This document shows positions 1 through 11,106 of a stretch of 62,022 bases of DNA, one piece after another. The stretch is from Nitrospirota bacterium (lineage in GTDB: Bacteria; Nitrospirota; Thermodesulfovibrionia; Thermodesulfovibrionales; JdFR-86). Position 1 is the stretch's first letter. Each line of letters starts with the position of its first letter. The stretch covers positions 1-62,022 of the forward strand of contig JACQZC010000084.1 of assembly GCA_016207905.1 (NCBI GenBank), read 5' to 3'. A model generated the notes under the pieces. The model was not told where the DNA came from, made no database searches, and was given only the letters and a program-made list of their open reading frames with translations. Position numbers and translations under genes: made by a program.

Positions 1-154
1 CTCCCGCAAGGGGAGAGGGTAATTAAAAGGAAGCAAAAACCTGTCCTGTAAGGAAAAATGCGATTTGCTTTATCGACCCCACCCTTGATGGGAGGGGTTA
101 GGGGAGGGTGATTTAATTGACGCATTCAGTCTCACATGTATCTGAACTTATTCA
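1..154 (-). repeat. MITE-like repeat element, copy A (minus orientation, truncated by window edge)
   Basis: Reverse complement aligns nearly base-for-base with 12214-12392 and 47666-47871. It includes the end ttattca/gtatctgaac and the internal palindromes cccctcccatcaagggtgggg and ccctctccccttgcgggag. Confidence 0.8.
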
Positions 155-197
155 GTAGGGTTTAGACATTTAACCCATCAATCCTTTATAATTCAAT

Positions 198-1736
198 ATG
201 CAAAAAGACAGGATTCTGGTATTGGATTTTGGCTCTCAGTATACACAGCTCATAGCAAGAAGAATCAGGGAATTAAGCGTTTATTCCGAGATAATGCCTT
301 TTAATGCACCTCTAAAGAGGATAAGGGAATTTGAACCCCTCGGCATCGTGCTTTCAGGAGGGCCCTCAAGCGTATATGACAGAGATGCTCCTATGCTCGA
401 TATGGCGGTCTTTAAGCTCGGCATCCCTATCCTTGGAATCTGCTATGGAATGCAGATTATGGCACATATGCTTAAAGGTAAGGTGGCAAAGGCTCAGAGA
501 AGGGAATACGGAAAGGCAGAGCTTATCAGTGACAAACCAACCGTGCTTTTTAATGGCATTAAAAAAACCTCCTCTGTGTGGATGAGCCATGGCGATAGGA
601 TCGAGAAACTCCCCCATGACTTCGAAAAACTTGCACATACAGAGAACTCCCCTATTGCAGTAATAGGAGACAAAAAAAGAAACCTCTATGCCCTTCAGTT
701 TCATCCTGAGGTGGTTCATACGGAAAGCGGAAAACAGATATTGAAGAACTTTGTTATGAAGGTCTGCCATGCCAAACCCACATGGACTATGCGCTCCTTC
801 GTAGAGACTGCAAAAGAAGACATAAGTTCGATGGTTGGCAAAGGCAATGTCATCTGTGGAATAAGCGGAGGAGTGGATTCCTCTGTAACTGCCGTTTTAG
901 TGCATGAGGCAATAGGAGATAACCTTACATGTATATTCGTTGACAATGGTCTCCTGAGGGAAGGAGAGGCTAAAAAAGTGGAAACTACCCTGAGAAAGAA
1001 CTTTCATATGAAGATACAGTGTGTTGATGCCGAAGAAAGATTCTTGAGAAAGCTTAAGGGAATCACTGACCCCGAAAGAAAAAGAAAGATTATTGGCAAT
1101 GAATTCATCCGTGTCTTCGAGGAAGAGGCAAGAAAGCTCAAGGGTGTTTCATTTCTTGCACAGGGAACCCTTTATCCTGATGTCATAGAGTCTGTCTCAT
1201 TCAAAGGACCCTCTGCTACCATTAAGAGCCATCATAATGTAGGAGGGCTTCTTAAAAGAATGAGGCTTAAATTAATAGAGCCCCTGAGGGAGCTTTTTAA
1301 AGACGAGGTAAGGGTTTTGGGCAAGGAGCTTGGTATGCCTGATGAGATACTGAAGAGGCATCCCTTCCCGGGTCCAGGGCTTGCTATAAGGATCATAGGA
1401 GATGTTACAAAACCGAGGCTTGATATTCTTAGGAAGGCAGACTCTATAGTTCTTGAGGAGATTAAAAGGGCAGGGCTTTATCAAGAATTGTGGCAGGCAT
1501 TTGCAGTTCTCCTTCCTGTAAAGAGCGTTGGTGTGATGGGTGATGAAAGGACTTATGAGAATGTCATAGCTCTCAGGGCAGTTAATTCTGTTGATGGAAT
1601 GACTGCTGACTGGGCAAAACTTCCTTACGATATTTTGGGGAAGATCTCAAATAGGATTATAAACGAAGTAAGGGGGATAAACAGGGTTGTCTTTGACATA
1701 TCCTCAAAGCCCCCAAGCACGATTGAGTGGGAGTGA
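198..1736 (+). CDS. guaA: GMP synthase (glutamine-hydrolysing)
   Basis: 512 aa. N-terminal GATase (GICYGMQ, HPE) and ATP-PPase SGGVDSS motif. C-terminus ends PPSTIEWE as in GuaA. Confidence 0.97.
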   Translation: MQKDRILVLDFGSQYTQLIARRIRELSVYSEIMPFNAPLKRIREFEPLGIVLSGGPSSVYDRDAPMLDMAVFKLGIPILGICYGMQIMAHMLKGKVAKAQRREYGKAELISDKPTVLFNGIKKTSSVWMSHGDRIEKLPHDFEKLAHTENSPIAVIGDKKRNLYALQFHPEVVHTESGKQILKNFVMKVCHAKPTWTMRSFVETAKEDISSMVGKGNVICGISGGVDSSVTAVLVHEAIGDNLTCIFVDNGLLREGEAKKVETTLRKNFHMKIQCVDAEERFLRKLKGITDPERKRKIIGNEFIRVFEEEARKLKGVSFLAQGTLYPDVIESVSFKGPSATIKSHHNVGGLLKRMRLKLIEPLRELFKDEVRVLGKELGMPDEILKRHPFPGPGLAIRIIGDVTKPRLDILRKADSIVLEEIKRAGLYQELWQAFAVLLPVKSVGVMGDERTYENVIALRAVNSVDGMTADWAKLPYDILGKISNRIINEVRGINRVVFDISSKPPSTIEWE

Positions 1737-2932
1737 AGGTAGTGACAAAAAAGAGTAGAAAGAATCCTAAAACTATTAAAGGTCTAAGAATAAAGTCTAT
1801 TACGGGGATAGCTGAAGACGCCGAGGCTTATGGAAAGAACCATGATAAATGGCTTTACTCAAAGAAGTCTTCAGCTACTGATGCTATAGAAGCAAAGGAT
1901 TACAGAGATAGGAGTTATCTTTCTGCTATTGAAGCTGCCACTTATTTACATACATCCGTTAGCGGTATTCATAACTTAGTTCGTAAAGGCATCATTAAGG
2001 CAAAGATTGCTGTAAGCGGACAGATGCGATTTGACCTAAAAGACTTAAAAAAACTCACTTTGACATTAATAGTCCCTTCAAAAAGAAAACCCATAGTTGA
2101 TAAGTTTTCAGAATTAAATATTAATGAAACGGTTCAAAGAATATTTATAAAGAATTCTATGAAAATGGAGGCTCTAAAGTCCGAGTCAATTCATCTAATG
2201 ATAACTTCGCCTCCTTATTTTAATACCAAGATGTATTCTAAAGAGCATATTGATGGAGACTTAAGTGATATTCATGATATAGAAGAGTGGTTTGAGAAGA
2301 TCGGCGCGGTTTGGAGCGAGGTTTTCAGGGTTTTGCAACCGGGTAGAAAAGCCTTTATAAATATAATGAATTTACCGATAAGAGAAAGACATGGTTTTAG
2401 GACATTAAATCTGGCTGGAAGAACCATAGACCTGTGCGAAAAAATAGGCTTTATTTTTAAGCGTGATATTATATGGCATAAAACCAATGCTGTGAGGGCA
2501 CATTTTGGAACATATCCTTATCCAGGAGGGATTTTAATCAACAATATGCATGAATTCATATTGGAGTTTAATAAGCCTGAAAAGAAAGGATTTAGTAAAT
2601 ATGGACATCTTACTAAAGAGCAGAAAGAGCAGTCCAAACTTGACAAGGGATTCTGGATAGAAATCAAAAAGAGTGATGTATGGGTTATGAAACCACAAGG
2701 AAGCGGAGACAGGAGAAATCATATCGCACCATTTCCTTATGAGCTTCCATTTAGACTGGTAAAGGCATTTAGCTATATTGGAGAAACGGTTTTTGACCCT
2801 TTTATGGGTTCCGGGACGACTCTGATAGCTGCAGCTGATTTAAAAAGGAATGGTGTAGGGTATGAGATTAACCCTGAGATTGCTTCTGAGGCAGTAAGGA
2901 ATCTAAGAAACTATCAAACAAGGTTGATATAA
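1727..2932 (+). CDS. DNA methyltransferase, beta-class N4-C/N6-A type, with N-terminal excisionase/MerR-like HTH
   Basis: Motif IV ITSPPY precedes motif [10 protein letters not shown] (IV then I order indicates beta class). An HTH-like segment ([21 protein letters not shown]) lies upstream. GTG start overlaps the guaA stop by 10 nt; exact start uncertain. Confidence 0.85.
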   Translation: MGVKVVTKKSRKNPKTIKGLRIKSITGIAEDAEAYGKNHDKWLYSKKSSATDAIEAKDYRDRSYLSAIEAATYLHTSVSGIHNLVRKGIIKAKIAVSGQMRFDLKDLKKLTLTLIVPSKRKPIVDKFSELNINETVQRIFIKNSMKMEALKSESIHLMITSPPYFNTKMYSKEHIDGDLSDIHDIEEWFEKIGAVWSEVFRVLQPGRKAFINIMNLPIRERHGFRTLNLAGRTIDLCEKIGFIFKRDIIWHKTNAVRAHFGTYPYPGGILINNMHEFILEFNKPEKKGFSKYGHLTKEQKEQSKLDKGFWIEIKKSDVWVMKPQGSGDRRNHIAPFPYELPFRLVKAFSYIGETVFDPFMGSGTTLIAAADLKRNGVGYEINPEIASEAVRNLRNYQTRLI

Positions 2933-4060
2933 ATGAAATTGGATGCGAAGACGATATACGCCCAATCCAGCGATATAAAATCCCGCACCTATTTAGAATA
3001 TCGCAGAGACATGAAGAAAAAGGCAATTGCCGAATTAGAGGTGCTTGAATGGTTAGAAGGTAAAATTAAAGGATTATATCCTAAAAAGAAGGTGCTGGTT
3101 TATAAGTCAGGTGGTGATAGGTTTTTATGGTTTTTAAGGAAGGGTGGTGTTTCAAGAGAGCCTGACTTTATTGCAGAGGTAAATGGCAGCAAGATAGAAT
3201 TTGAGTTTCAGTATGCTGAAAAAGCAGATTTAGAATTTTATGATTTCAAGATATCTAAGGTTGCTAAAAAGAAGGGTGGTAAACAAGAGCCTATAGAGAA
3301 TAAATTCTTTGCTTATATTCATAAGCCACTACAAAAATACGCAATATTTAAACCTGAATGGATTGTCAAGAACGGTGAGTATGGAATGGTTGAGGCATGG
3401 AGAACTTATGCATTTAGGATTTCAAAAGACAGGTTTGAAAGAGTGCTTAAGCCAGACTTTACTTTAGAAAAGCTCTGCCAACTGATAGATGCTAAAAATT
3501 TTATTCTTAACTTTCAGCATAAATTAGTCGACATACATAAAGAGAAACTTTCGCATCTTCTTCAGGGCGTAGTGGATGAAAATAAAGTCATTAAAATTAT
3601 ACCTAAGGACTTAGATAGCTTCTTCAAGGTTTGCTTTATCTTAGATAATCTAAGTAAGATTCCTCAGAATGCCAATCTCTGGCTTATTTATCTTTTAAGT
3701 TACATTAGCGACAATATCTCGCTGGAGGATGTATCTAAAATCACTTACTGTATTGACTTTCTTTATTCTAAGATTGAGTTGAAACAAAACGAACTCACCC
3801 GATTAGTTGATAGTACTAAGGGATTACTTGCTAAAGTTAAAATGTATTACAATGGAGATGGCTCCTATAGGTCATCATTAAGCGAAAGCCCTTTAAATGA
3901 GACGAGGTATGCGTTATTCTCAATAAATCTTCTTGAGGATTTAATTCAGGATATAATCTTTTATTACCCTGCCACCGAGTTAAAGCCGATAAAGAAGATA
4001 TATGAGAATGTAGAGGATGTTGGAAAGACAGTTAGGTTGCTTAAAGGTATAATCCAATGA
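2933..4060 (+). CDS. Hypothetical protein, candidate cognate restriction endonuclease or other partner of the methyltransferase
   Basis: 375 aa. Starts on the nucleotide after the MTase stop and overlaps the ispA start by 4 nt. Possible PD-(D/E)xK-like segment EPDFIAEV...IEFEFQYAEK. No family recognised. Confidence 0.4.
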   Translation: MKLDAKTIYAQSSDIKSRTYLEYRRDMKKKAIAELEVLEWLEGKIKGLYPKKKVLVYKSGGDRFLWFLRKGGVSREPDFIAEVNGSKIEFEFQYAEKADLEFYDFKISKVAKKKGGKQEPIENKFFAYIHKPLQKYAIFKPEWIVKNGEYGMVEAWRTYAFRISKDRFERVLKPDFTLEKLCQLIDAKNFILNFQHKLVDIHKEKLSHLLQGVVDENKVIKIIPKDLDSFFKVCFILDNLSKIPQNANLWLIYLLSYISDNISLEDVSKITYCIDFLYSKIELKQNELTRLVDSTKGLLAKVKMYYNGDGSYRSSLSESPLNETRYALFSINLLEDLIQDIIFYYPATELKPIKKIYENVEDVGKTVRLLKGIIQ

Positions 4061-4950
4061 AAAAGACATTTGATATAAAGCCCTATCTTAACGAAAAAAA
4101 ATCCCTTATTGACTCCTTCTTAAGGTCTTATTTCAGAAAGCCATTTAAGCCTTTAATCCTGAGGGAATCAATGCGTTATTCCCTTCTTGCAGGAGGAAAA
4201 AGGCTAAGACCCATACTTGCACTTGCCTCTTATGAGGCATGTGGAAAAGACCCGAAAGACATAATTCCTTATGCATCGGCATTAGAGTTCATACACACAT
4301 ATTCCCTCATACATGATGACCTTCCTTCCATGGACAATGACGACCTGAGAAGGGGAAAGCCAACAAATCACAAGGTGTTTGGAGAGGCAATTGCAATACT
4401 TGCAGGAGATGCCCTTCTTACAGAGGCATTTACCATACTTTCAACACCTACAAAAAAAATAAAAGGCACTGCACATCTTCGGGCAGTCAATGAGGTTTCA
4501 TGTTATGCAGGTATAAAAGGCATGGTTTCTGGTCAGGCAGAAGACATCCTGTCAGAAGGCTCTATGCCTGAGCCAAAGACCCTTTCCTTTATTCACATGT
4601 ATAAGACAGCCTCTCTCATAACTGCATCCGTAAGGCTGGGCGCAATACTTGGAAATGCCTCTAAGCCTAAACTGAACTGCCTAACAGTATATGCCCGAAA
4701 CCTCGGACTTGCCTTTCAGATAGTAGATGATATACTTGATATTAAAGGCTCTACGGAACAAATGGGCAAAACCACAGGCTCTGATATAAGAAAAAAGAAG
4801 ATGACATATCCAACCCTTTATGGCATCGAGAAATCCGAAAGCAAGGCACATAGCCTTATAGGCTCAGCAGTTCATGCCATTAAAGATTTAGACAGAAAGG
4901 CAGAGCCTCTGAGGGAGATAGCAAGATACATTCTGGTGAGAAAAAATTGA
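4057..4950 (+). CDS. ispA: Farnesyl/geranyl diphosphate synthase (polyprenyl synthetase)
   Basis: 297 aa. First Asp-rich motif LIHDDLPSMDNDDLRRG and second motif FQIVDDILD. Confidence 0.93.
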   Translation: MKKTFDIKPYLNEKKSLIDSFLRSYFRKPFKPLILRESMRYSLLAGGKRLRPILALASYEACGKDPKDIIPYASALEFIHTYSLIHDDLPSMDNDDLRRGKPTNHKVFGEAIAILAGDALLTEAFTILSTPTKKIKGTAHLRAVNEVSCYAGIKGMVSGQAEDILSEGSMPEPKTLSFIHMYKTASLITASVRLGAILGNASKPKLNCLTVYARNLGLAFQIVDDILDIKGSTEQMGKTTGSDIRKKKMTYPTLYGIEKSESKAHSLIGSAVHAIKDLDRKAEPLREIARYILVRKN

Positions 4951-6797
4951 TTGAATATATAAAATCCCCTGATGATCTGAAAAGACTTACTATCGACCAA
5001 CTCAGCCTCCTTGCAGAGGAACTCAGAGAGACAATAATAAAGGCAGTGTCTTTTTCAGGCGGGCATCTTGCCTCAAACCTTGGGGTTATAGAGCTTTCTA
5101 TAGCACTTCATTATGTCTTTGATTCTCCTAAAGACAAGCTCATCTGGGATGTGGGACATCAATCCTATGCCCATAAGCTCCTTACAGGAAGATATGAAAG
5201 GTTTCACACCCTTAGAAAGCTAAGCGGAATATCCGGGTTTCCGAAGGTAAGCGAAAGCCCTTATGATGCGTTTGGCACAGGTCATAGCTCAACATCCATA
5301 TCAGCAGGAACCGGGATGATAGAGGCGAGGGACATAAAAGGCGAGGATTTTAAGGTTATCTCGGTCATAGGAGATGGTGCTATGACAGCAGGGTTAGCCT
5401 TTGAGGGACTTAACCATGCAGGGCATCTTAAGAAAGACCTCATAGTAGTGCTTAACGACAACGAGATGTCTATATCGAGAAATGTTGGTGCGCTCTCTGG
5501 ATATCTAAACAGAATTCTCACAGGCGACCTTTATCGGAGGTTTAAGAAAGACACAAAAAGCCTTATAGAAAGCATCCCACGGTTTGGTAGCCATTTCTCG
5601 AAATTTGCCCAGAGGATTGAGGAGTCATTAAAAGGGCTTTTCCTTCCAGGGGCGCTCTTCGAAGAATTAGGCTTTAATTATGTAGGTCCGATAGATGGTC
5701 ATAACATTCCGCTTCTCATAGAGACATTCAGAAAGATTAAGAATCAAAAGACCCTTTCGTTAATCCATGTGATAACAAAGAAGGGCAAGGGCTATGAGCA
5801 TTCCGAGAAAGACCCTGAGCAGTTTCATGGCATAGGGCCATTTGAGCCAGAGACAGGCTTTCCTCTATCAGGCGCCGTTACATATAGCGATATATTCGGA
5901 CAGGCACTGCTTGAGCTTGCTGGGTCTGACCCTAAGATAGTTGCCGTATCAGCTGCAATGAAGGATGCCACAGGGCTTGGACCGTTTGCCGATAAATACC
6001 CAGACAGGTTTTACGATGTGGGCATTGCAGAGCCCCATGCAGTGACATTTTCAGCAGGTCTTGCAATAGGGGGCTTAAGACCTGTTGTTGCCATATACTC
6101 AACCTTTATCCAGAGGGCATATGACGAGATAATACACGATGTATGTCTTCAAAACTTACCTGTTATATTTGCCATTGACAGGGCAGGCATAGTTGGACAA
6201 GACGGCCCAACACACCACGGGGTTTTCGATATATCCTTTCTAAGGCATATACCCAATCTCATAGTCATGTCCCCAAAGGATAAAGATGAGCTCAGGGCAA
6301 TGCTTGAGCTTAGCCTTAAACATAATGGCCCCTCTGTAATTCGGTATCCAAGAGCAAAGGCAGAGGAAATCTCTTCATCTACATCGTTTGGTATCGGTGA
6401 AGGCGAAATCCTCAAGGAAGGTAAAGACATAGCCCTTCTTTCAATTGGAGGCACTGTTACATCGGCACTTTCCGCATCAAAGAGACTCCAATCCGAGGGT
6501 ATAGATGTAATGGTTATCAATATGAGGTTCATAAAGCCTCTGGATAAAAAACTCATTATCTATGCGGCTACTCTTACAGGAAGGATTATAACGGTTGAGG
6601 ACAATGTCCTTCAGGGAGGGTTTGGAAGTGCGGTGCTTGAGTGTCTGAATGAGGCAGGCATGGAAAATGTCAAGGTAAAAACCCTCGGCATACCGGATGA
6701 GTTTGTAGAGCATGGAACACAGGCAGAGCTTAAAAGAAGATATGGAATAGATGAGGATGGGATTTATACTTTAGTGCACCAGCTCCTTGCATTCTGA
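4947..6797 (+). CDS. dxs: 1-deoxy-D-xylulose-5-phosphate synthase
   Basis: 616 aa. GGHLASNLGVIEL, DVGHQSYAHKLLTGR and the ThDP motif GDGAMTAG...NDNEMSI. 4-nt overlap with ispA. Confidence 0.97.
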   Translation: MIEYIKSPDDLKRLTIDQLSLLAEELRETIIKAVSFSGGHLASNLGVIELSIALHYVFDSPKDKLIWDVGHQSYAHKLLTGRYERFHTLRKLSGISGFPKVSESPYDAFGTGHSSTSISAGTGMIEARDIKGEDFKVISVIGDGAMTAGLAFEGLNHAGHLKKDLIVVLNDNEMSISRNVGALSGYLNRILTGDLYRRFKKDTKSLIESIPRFGSHFSKFAQRIEESLKGLFLPGALFEELGFNYVGPIDGHNIPLLIETFRKIKNQKTLSLIHVITKKGKGYEHSEKDPEQFHGIGPFEPETGFPLSGAVTYSDIFGQALLELAGSDPKIVAVSAAMKDATGLGPFADKYPDRFYDVGIAEPHAVTFSAGLAIGGLRPVVAIYSTFIQRAYDEIIHDVCLQNLPVIFAIDRAGIVGQDGPTHHGVFDISFLRHIPNLIVMSPKDKDELRAMLELSLKHNGPSVIRYPRAKAEEISSSTSFGIGEGEILKEGKDIALLSIGGTVTSALSASKRLQSEGIDVMVINMRFIKPLDKKLIIYAATLTGRIITVEDNVLQGGFGSAVLECLNEAGMENVKVKTLGIPDEFVEHGTQAELKRRYGIDEDGIYTLVHQLLAF

Positions 6798-9700
6798 AAA
6801 AGCTTTAGCCATGGCGATTCCTTAAGGGTTTTTTTCCATTCGAGGGGCATCCACTGCCACTGCCAATTAAGAAATGTCCTTTCAGGATGAGGCATCATGG
6901 CAAGGTGTCTTCCATCAGGACTACATAATGCGGCTATGCCCTCTAAAGAGCCATTTGGATTAAAAGGATATGCCTCTGTAGGGTTTCCTTTGTCATCCAC
7001 ATATCTTATTGGTGAAAGTCCCATATCCATGACCCTCTTATAAACCCCTTTGTCCGGGAAATATGCCCTGCCCTCACCATGCGAAACCCATATGCCTAAG
7101 ACAGAGCCTTCCATTCCCTTAAGCATAATCGATTGGCTTTGAAGTATTTTTACTGTCGAGAACCTCGATTCGAATCTTCCTGATTTATTCTGTATAAAAC
7201 GAGGCTGTTTTTTACCATCTAAGCCTGCCTCGGACAACCAGCCCAAAAGTGCCATAAGCTGACAGCCATTACACACACCAAGGCTGAATGTATCTTGCCT
7301 TTCATAAAAACCCTCGAACTCTTCTTTAAGCCTTTTATTGAACCTGATGCTTCCTGCCCAGCCCTTTGCCGAGTCAAGCACATCTGCAAAGCTAAAGCCT
7401 CCAACGAATGCAATGCCCCTCATCTCCTTAAGACTTATTCTTTCCTCTATCAGGTCTGTCATTGTGACATCGTATGTATTAAACCCTGCCATATAAAAGG
7501 CAGATGCCATCTCCCTGTCTCCATTACTTCCTTCCTGCCTGACGATTGCCACATTTGGCATTATAGATTTCTCCTTTAGAGCCGAGATTTGTGGGTAAAA
7601 TGTGAGAACATATTCAGGTGCTTGCCTTTCATATATATTTTTCTTTTCTTCTTCTATGCACTCAGGGTTTGTCTGAAGCCTGTCAAGCTGATAGCTTGTT
7701 TCCTCCCAGATAGCTCTTAACGAAGGCATATCCTCATCGAGGAGGGTATTGCCGCTTGCCATAACCCTAATCCTATTGCTAAGTGTGCTTTCTCCGATAA
7801 CCTTAAACTTCACATTCGAGGTATCTAAGAGAGCCTCTATCTTGTTTTCATCCTCAGGCATATACTCAATGATAAGTCCTGCCTCTTCGGCAAAAAGAAA
7901 TGCTGATGGGTCAGAGACATCTCCGATATTAATATCAATGCCCTTATTGCCTGAAAATGCCATCTCGAGCACTGTTACAATTAGACCTCCATCGCTAATG
8001 TCATGTCCTGAAAGGAGAAGGTCTTTGGAGATTAGGCTCTGAATTGCATCAAAAGCCCTTTTAAGGAGCAAGGCATCTTCTATGTCAGGGGATTCATTGC
8101 CAATTTGTCCAAATACCTGTGCGAGGGCACTTCCGCCGAGTCTTTTTCTTTCATCTCCCAGGTCTATGTAAAGCAGTCTGCTATTGGGCATCTTAATGTC
8201 AGGTGTAATGACCTTTGTTATGTCAGGCATGGTCGCATATGCAGATATGACAAGCGTTGGAGGGGATTTAACTACCTCGCCTGTTTGGGGTAAAACCGCT
8301 GCCATAGAGAGACTGTCTTTACCTCCGTCAACTGCAATTCCAAGCTCAAGCATTATGTCTCTCATTGCCATAGAGGCATCATAAATGAGCGCACCTTCGC
8401 CCGGTAGTTTTGCAGGCCACATCCAATTAGCAGAGCATCTTATATCCTCAAGCCGTGTTATCTTTGCCCAAACCATGTTCGTCAGTGCCTCGGCAACGGA
8501 CATGCGTGCCATTCCAGAGGGGCTTATCAGACCCTTTATTGGTTGTTCTCCTATCGATATTGCCGCACCAGTCAGACCAAAATGGCTTTGGCTAATGACT
8601 GCCACATCCGACACAGTAAGCCCTAATGGACCTGCACACTGCTGTCTTGCTATAAGTCCTGTTACGGACCTATCGACCTTGCTCGTAAGAAACCTCTTTG
8701 AGCCAACGGATAAAAGCCGTAAAACCCTTTTGAGGCTATCTTTTACATTTAGTCCCTCTAAAAGTCTAAGAGGCTTAAGTGTCTTGGGAATGCGGGTTAT
8801 ACTAAATGTCTTTCTTGGCATCTCACCTAAGACCTTTTTGAGGTCCAAGTCCACTGGGGTTGAGCCATCATGGCTGTCATAAAGAGTAACCCTTCCACTA
8901 CCTGTTATCTCGCCTACGAATGAAACTGGGACATTTTCCCTACTACAAAGCCCTTTAAACATTTCTGCGTTTTCGGGCTTTATAAGAAGTGCATTCTGCT
9001 CTTGATATTCAGCACTCCATATCTCGAGGGTCGAGAGGGTTTTATCCCCAATCTGAATGTTTCTAAGGTCTATCCTTGCGCCCTCTGGATATATGAGCTC
9101 TTTAAGGACATTTGAGTTTCCCCCTGCCCCTTGGTCATGAATGCTTATTATGGGATTATCCATTCCCATCTCAACGCATGCCCTTATGACCCTGTTTAGC
9201 TTTTGCTCCATCTCTGCATCTCCTCGCTGGACTGCATTGAAGTCAAGCTCCTCTACATTTTCTCCCTGAATCATGCTCGATGCCGCACCTCCGCCCACGC
9301 CGATTCTATATGCAGGACCTCCTACTTTTACAATGAGCATCCCCTTTTCAGGAGGGCATTTCTCCGTATGCCTTTCATCCATCTGTCCTATTCCGCCTGT
9401 AAACATTATTGGCTTGAGCCACTCCCTTCTTTCCGATGTATTTACAGACATTCCGAATGACCTTGTAAAACCCTGTATTACAGGCTCTCCGAATTTATTT
9501 CCATAATCCGATGCACCATTACTTGCCTCTATCTCTATCTCAAGAGGGCTTGCAAGATTGGATGGATAAAGAAACCCCTTATCTTCCCATGGCAGTTCAT
9601 ACCCGGGTATAAGGAGGTTTCCAACGCAATAGCCTGTTGTGCCTGCAACTGTAATGCCTCCCCTTCCAACTGCCTGAACATCCCTGATTCTTCCACCTGT

Positions 9701-10651
9701 TCCTGTCTCTGCGCCGGGAAATGGGGCAACACCAGATGGGAAATTATGTGTCTCTGCAGTAAATATGATGTTGTATCCGACATCCTTTGAGATAAACCTC
9801 GATGGTCTTCCCGGATACTCAGGCAGGATTGTCTTTATCTCATACCCTCTGATGGAGCTTGAGTTATCCTTGAAGGCTATGACACTATTACCCGGGCTTG
9901 CCTCGTAAGGCGCCCTGACGATTTCCATAAGGCTCTGGGGAATCTCTTTTCCATCGATTACCAATTTCCCCTTAAAGAACCAGTGTCTTGAGTGCTCGCT
10001 GTTTGACTGTCCTAAGTCAAAGCATTCGACATTAGTTGGGTTTCTTTCCATTTCCTTGACAAACAGTCTGTAGTAATAATCCATGTCCCATTCATCGAGA
10101 CCAAGACCCATCTGGATGTTTATCTCTTTAAGGGCAGATATACCCTTCTCTATAAGCGGAACTCTAAATACAGGCTCGGGCTTGAGCCCTGTTTCAAAGG
10201 TCATTAGGCTCTGGGGATAAGGGCATTCTGTCATCTTGTCATGAAGCGTAAAAAGCACATCTTTAATAGCAGACTCCGTGATTACACCTTTAAAGATGTA
10301 TCTCCTTGAGCGCTCTATGCGATTGACTTTTTTAATGCCAACTGCATGACAGATAGAAACTGCATTCGTAGACCATGCAGTCTGAAAGCTCAACCTCGGG
10401 CCTACTTCTATAACCCCATCTTTAAGAAACGGCAATTCCCCGAAGCCCTCGGGCTCGAATGTCTCCGAAAGAAGCCACATGAGGGTATCAAGCTCGTCTT
10501 TGGTTAACGGCTCTGTAAGCTCTATATTGAAACAATACTCTGCCTCTATGTCCTGAATGTCAGGGGAGACCTTCTGCCTCAAGGCGTAAAGCAGTGCGTT
10601 TTTCTTAGCCTCAGAAAACCCGGGTGTTCTATAGAAATGAAGAAGGTGCAT
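6764..10651 (-). CDS. purL: Phosphoribosylformylglycinamidine synthase, single-chain large form
   Basis: 1295 aa. FGAM synthase layout with a C-terminal GATase (GVCNGCQ...HPE). Its 3' end overlaps the convergent dxs 3' end by 34 nt. Confidence 0.96.
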   Translation of the reverse strand: MHLLHFYRTPGFSEAKKNALLYALRQKVSPDIQDIEAEYCFNIELTEPLTKDELDTLMWLLSETFEPEGFGELPFLKDGVIEVGPRLSFQTAWSTNAVSICHAVGIKKVNRIERSRRYIFKGVITESAIKDVLFTLHDKMTECPYPQSLMTFETGLKPEPVFRVPLIEKGISALKEINIQMGLGLDEWDMDYYYRLFVKEMERNPTNVECFDLGQSNSEHSRHWFFKGKLVIDGKEIPQSLMEIVRAPYEASPGNSVIAFKDNSSSIRGYEIKTILPEYPGRPSRFISKDVGYNIIFTAETHNFPSGVAPFPGAETGTGGRIRDVQAVGRGGITVAGTTGYCVGNLLIPGYELPWEDKGFLYPSNLASPLEIEIEASNGASDYGNKFGEPVIQGFTRSFGMSVNTSERREWLKPIMFTGGIGQMDERHTEKCPPEKGMLIVKVGGPAYRIGVGGGAASSMIQGENVEELDFNAVQRGDAEMEQKLNRVIRACVEMGMDNPIISIHDQGAGGNSNVLKELIYPEGARIDLRNIQIGDKTLSTLEIWSAEYQEQNALLIKPENAEMFKGLCSRENVPVSFVGEITGSGRVTLYDSHDGSTPVDLDLKKVLGEMPRKTFSITRIPKTLKPLRLLEGLNVKDSLKRVLRLLSVGSKRFLTSKVDRSVTGLIARQQCAGPLGLTVSDVAVISQSHFGLTGAAISIGEQPIKGLISPSGMARMSVAEALTNMVWAKITRLEDIRCSANWMWPAKLPGEGALIYDASMAMRDIMLELGIAVDGGKDSLSMAAVLPQTGEVVKSPPTLVISAYATMPDITKVITPDIKMPNSRLLYIDLGDERKRLGGSALAQVFGQIGNESPDIEDALLLKRAFDAIQSLISKDLLLSGHDISDGGLIVTVLEMAFSGNKGIDINIGDVSDPSAFLFAEEAGLIIEYMPEDENKIEALLDTSNVKFKVIGESTLSNRIRVMASGNTLLDEDMPSLRAIWEETSYQLDRLQTNPECIEEEKKNIYERQAPEYVLTFYPQISALKEKSIMPNVAIVRQEGSNGDREMASAFYMAGFNTYDVTMTDLIEERISLKEMRGIAFVGGFSFADVLDSAKGWAGSIRFNKRLKEEFEGFYERQDTFSLGVCNGCQLMALLGWLSEAGLDGKKQPRFIQNKSGRFESRFSTVKILQSQSIMLKGMEGSVLGIWVSHGEGRAYFPDKGVYKRVMDMGLSPIRYVDDKGNPTEAYPFNPNGSLEGIAALCSPDGRHLAMMPHPERTFLNWQWQWMPLEWKKTLKESPWLKLFQNARSWCTKV

Positions 10652-10680
10652 AGATTATTATTTATAGTATAATAGAATCC

Positions 10681-11100
10681 GTGAAGAAAATCCTGCTTAT
10701 ATCAGGCATTATCCTTCTCCTTTCATCCTGCGAAAAGGAGGCGGTTAAGCCTCCTTCAGAGGACTCCCTGATAGCTCAGGAGGCATTTGGGCTTGCAGAT
10801 TCTTTAAGGTCTCTATATGAAGGAAAGGATTTTGAAGGGCTTAAAGACTACGCTACCGAGCAAGGCTATAATGACATTAAAAAGGACCTCGCGGAATTCA
10901 AAGGCGTTTCGCTTTCATTCACACCGAGACTGGTTGAGATAAAGGCAGAGGCAGTTTATCTCAATATCTCATGGCAGGCAAGCTGGAGCATTAACGGTAA
11001 AGTTAAGGAAGCAAAAGGCATGGCTGTTTTTGAGCTAACAGGAAGTCCTCTTAAGCTAAACCGTATTATAAGGGCAAGCCCATTTAAGATTCCAGATTAA
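10681..11100 (+). CDS. Lipoprotein of unknown function
   Basis: 139 aa. GTG start; signal peptide with lipobox LLLSSC. Confidence 0.6.
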   Translation: MKKILLISGIILLLSSCEKEAVKPPSEDSLIAQEAFGLADSLRSLYEGKDFEGLKDYATEQGYNDIKKDLAEFKGVSLSFTPRLVEIKAEAVYLNISWQASWSINGKVKEAKGMAVFELTGSPLKLNRIIRASPFKIPD

Positions 11101-11106
11101 AGTGGT

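Noticed and set aside
7219-9783. Numerous 60-165-aa ORFs antisense to or out of frame with purL. Similar shadow ORFs lie inside guaA, dxs, selA, ubiB, purA, serA and other genes.
   Set aside because: They lie entirely within long, well-supported genes, have low-complexity or odd composition and contain no recognisable motifs. They are typical shadow ORFs.
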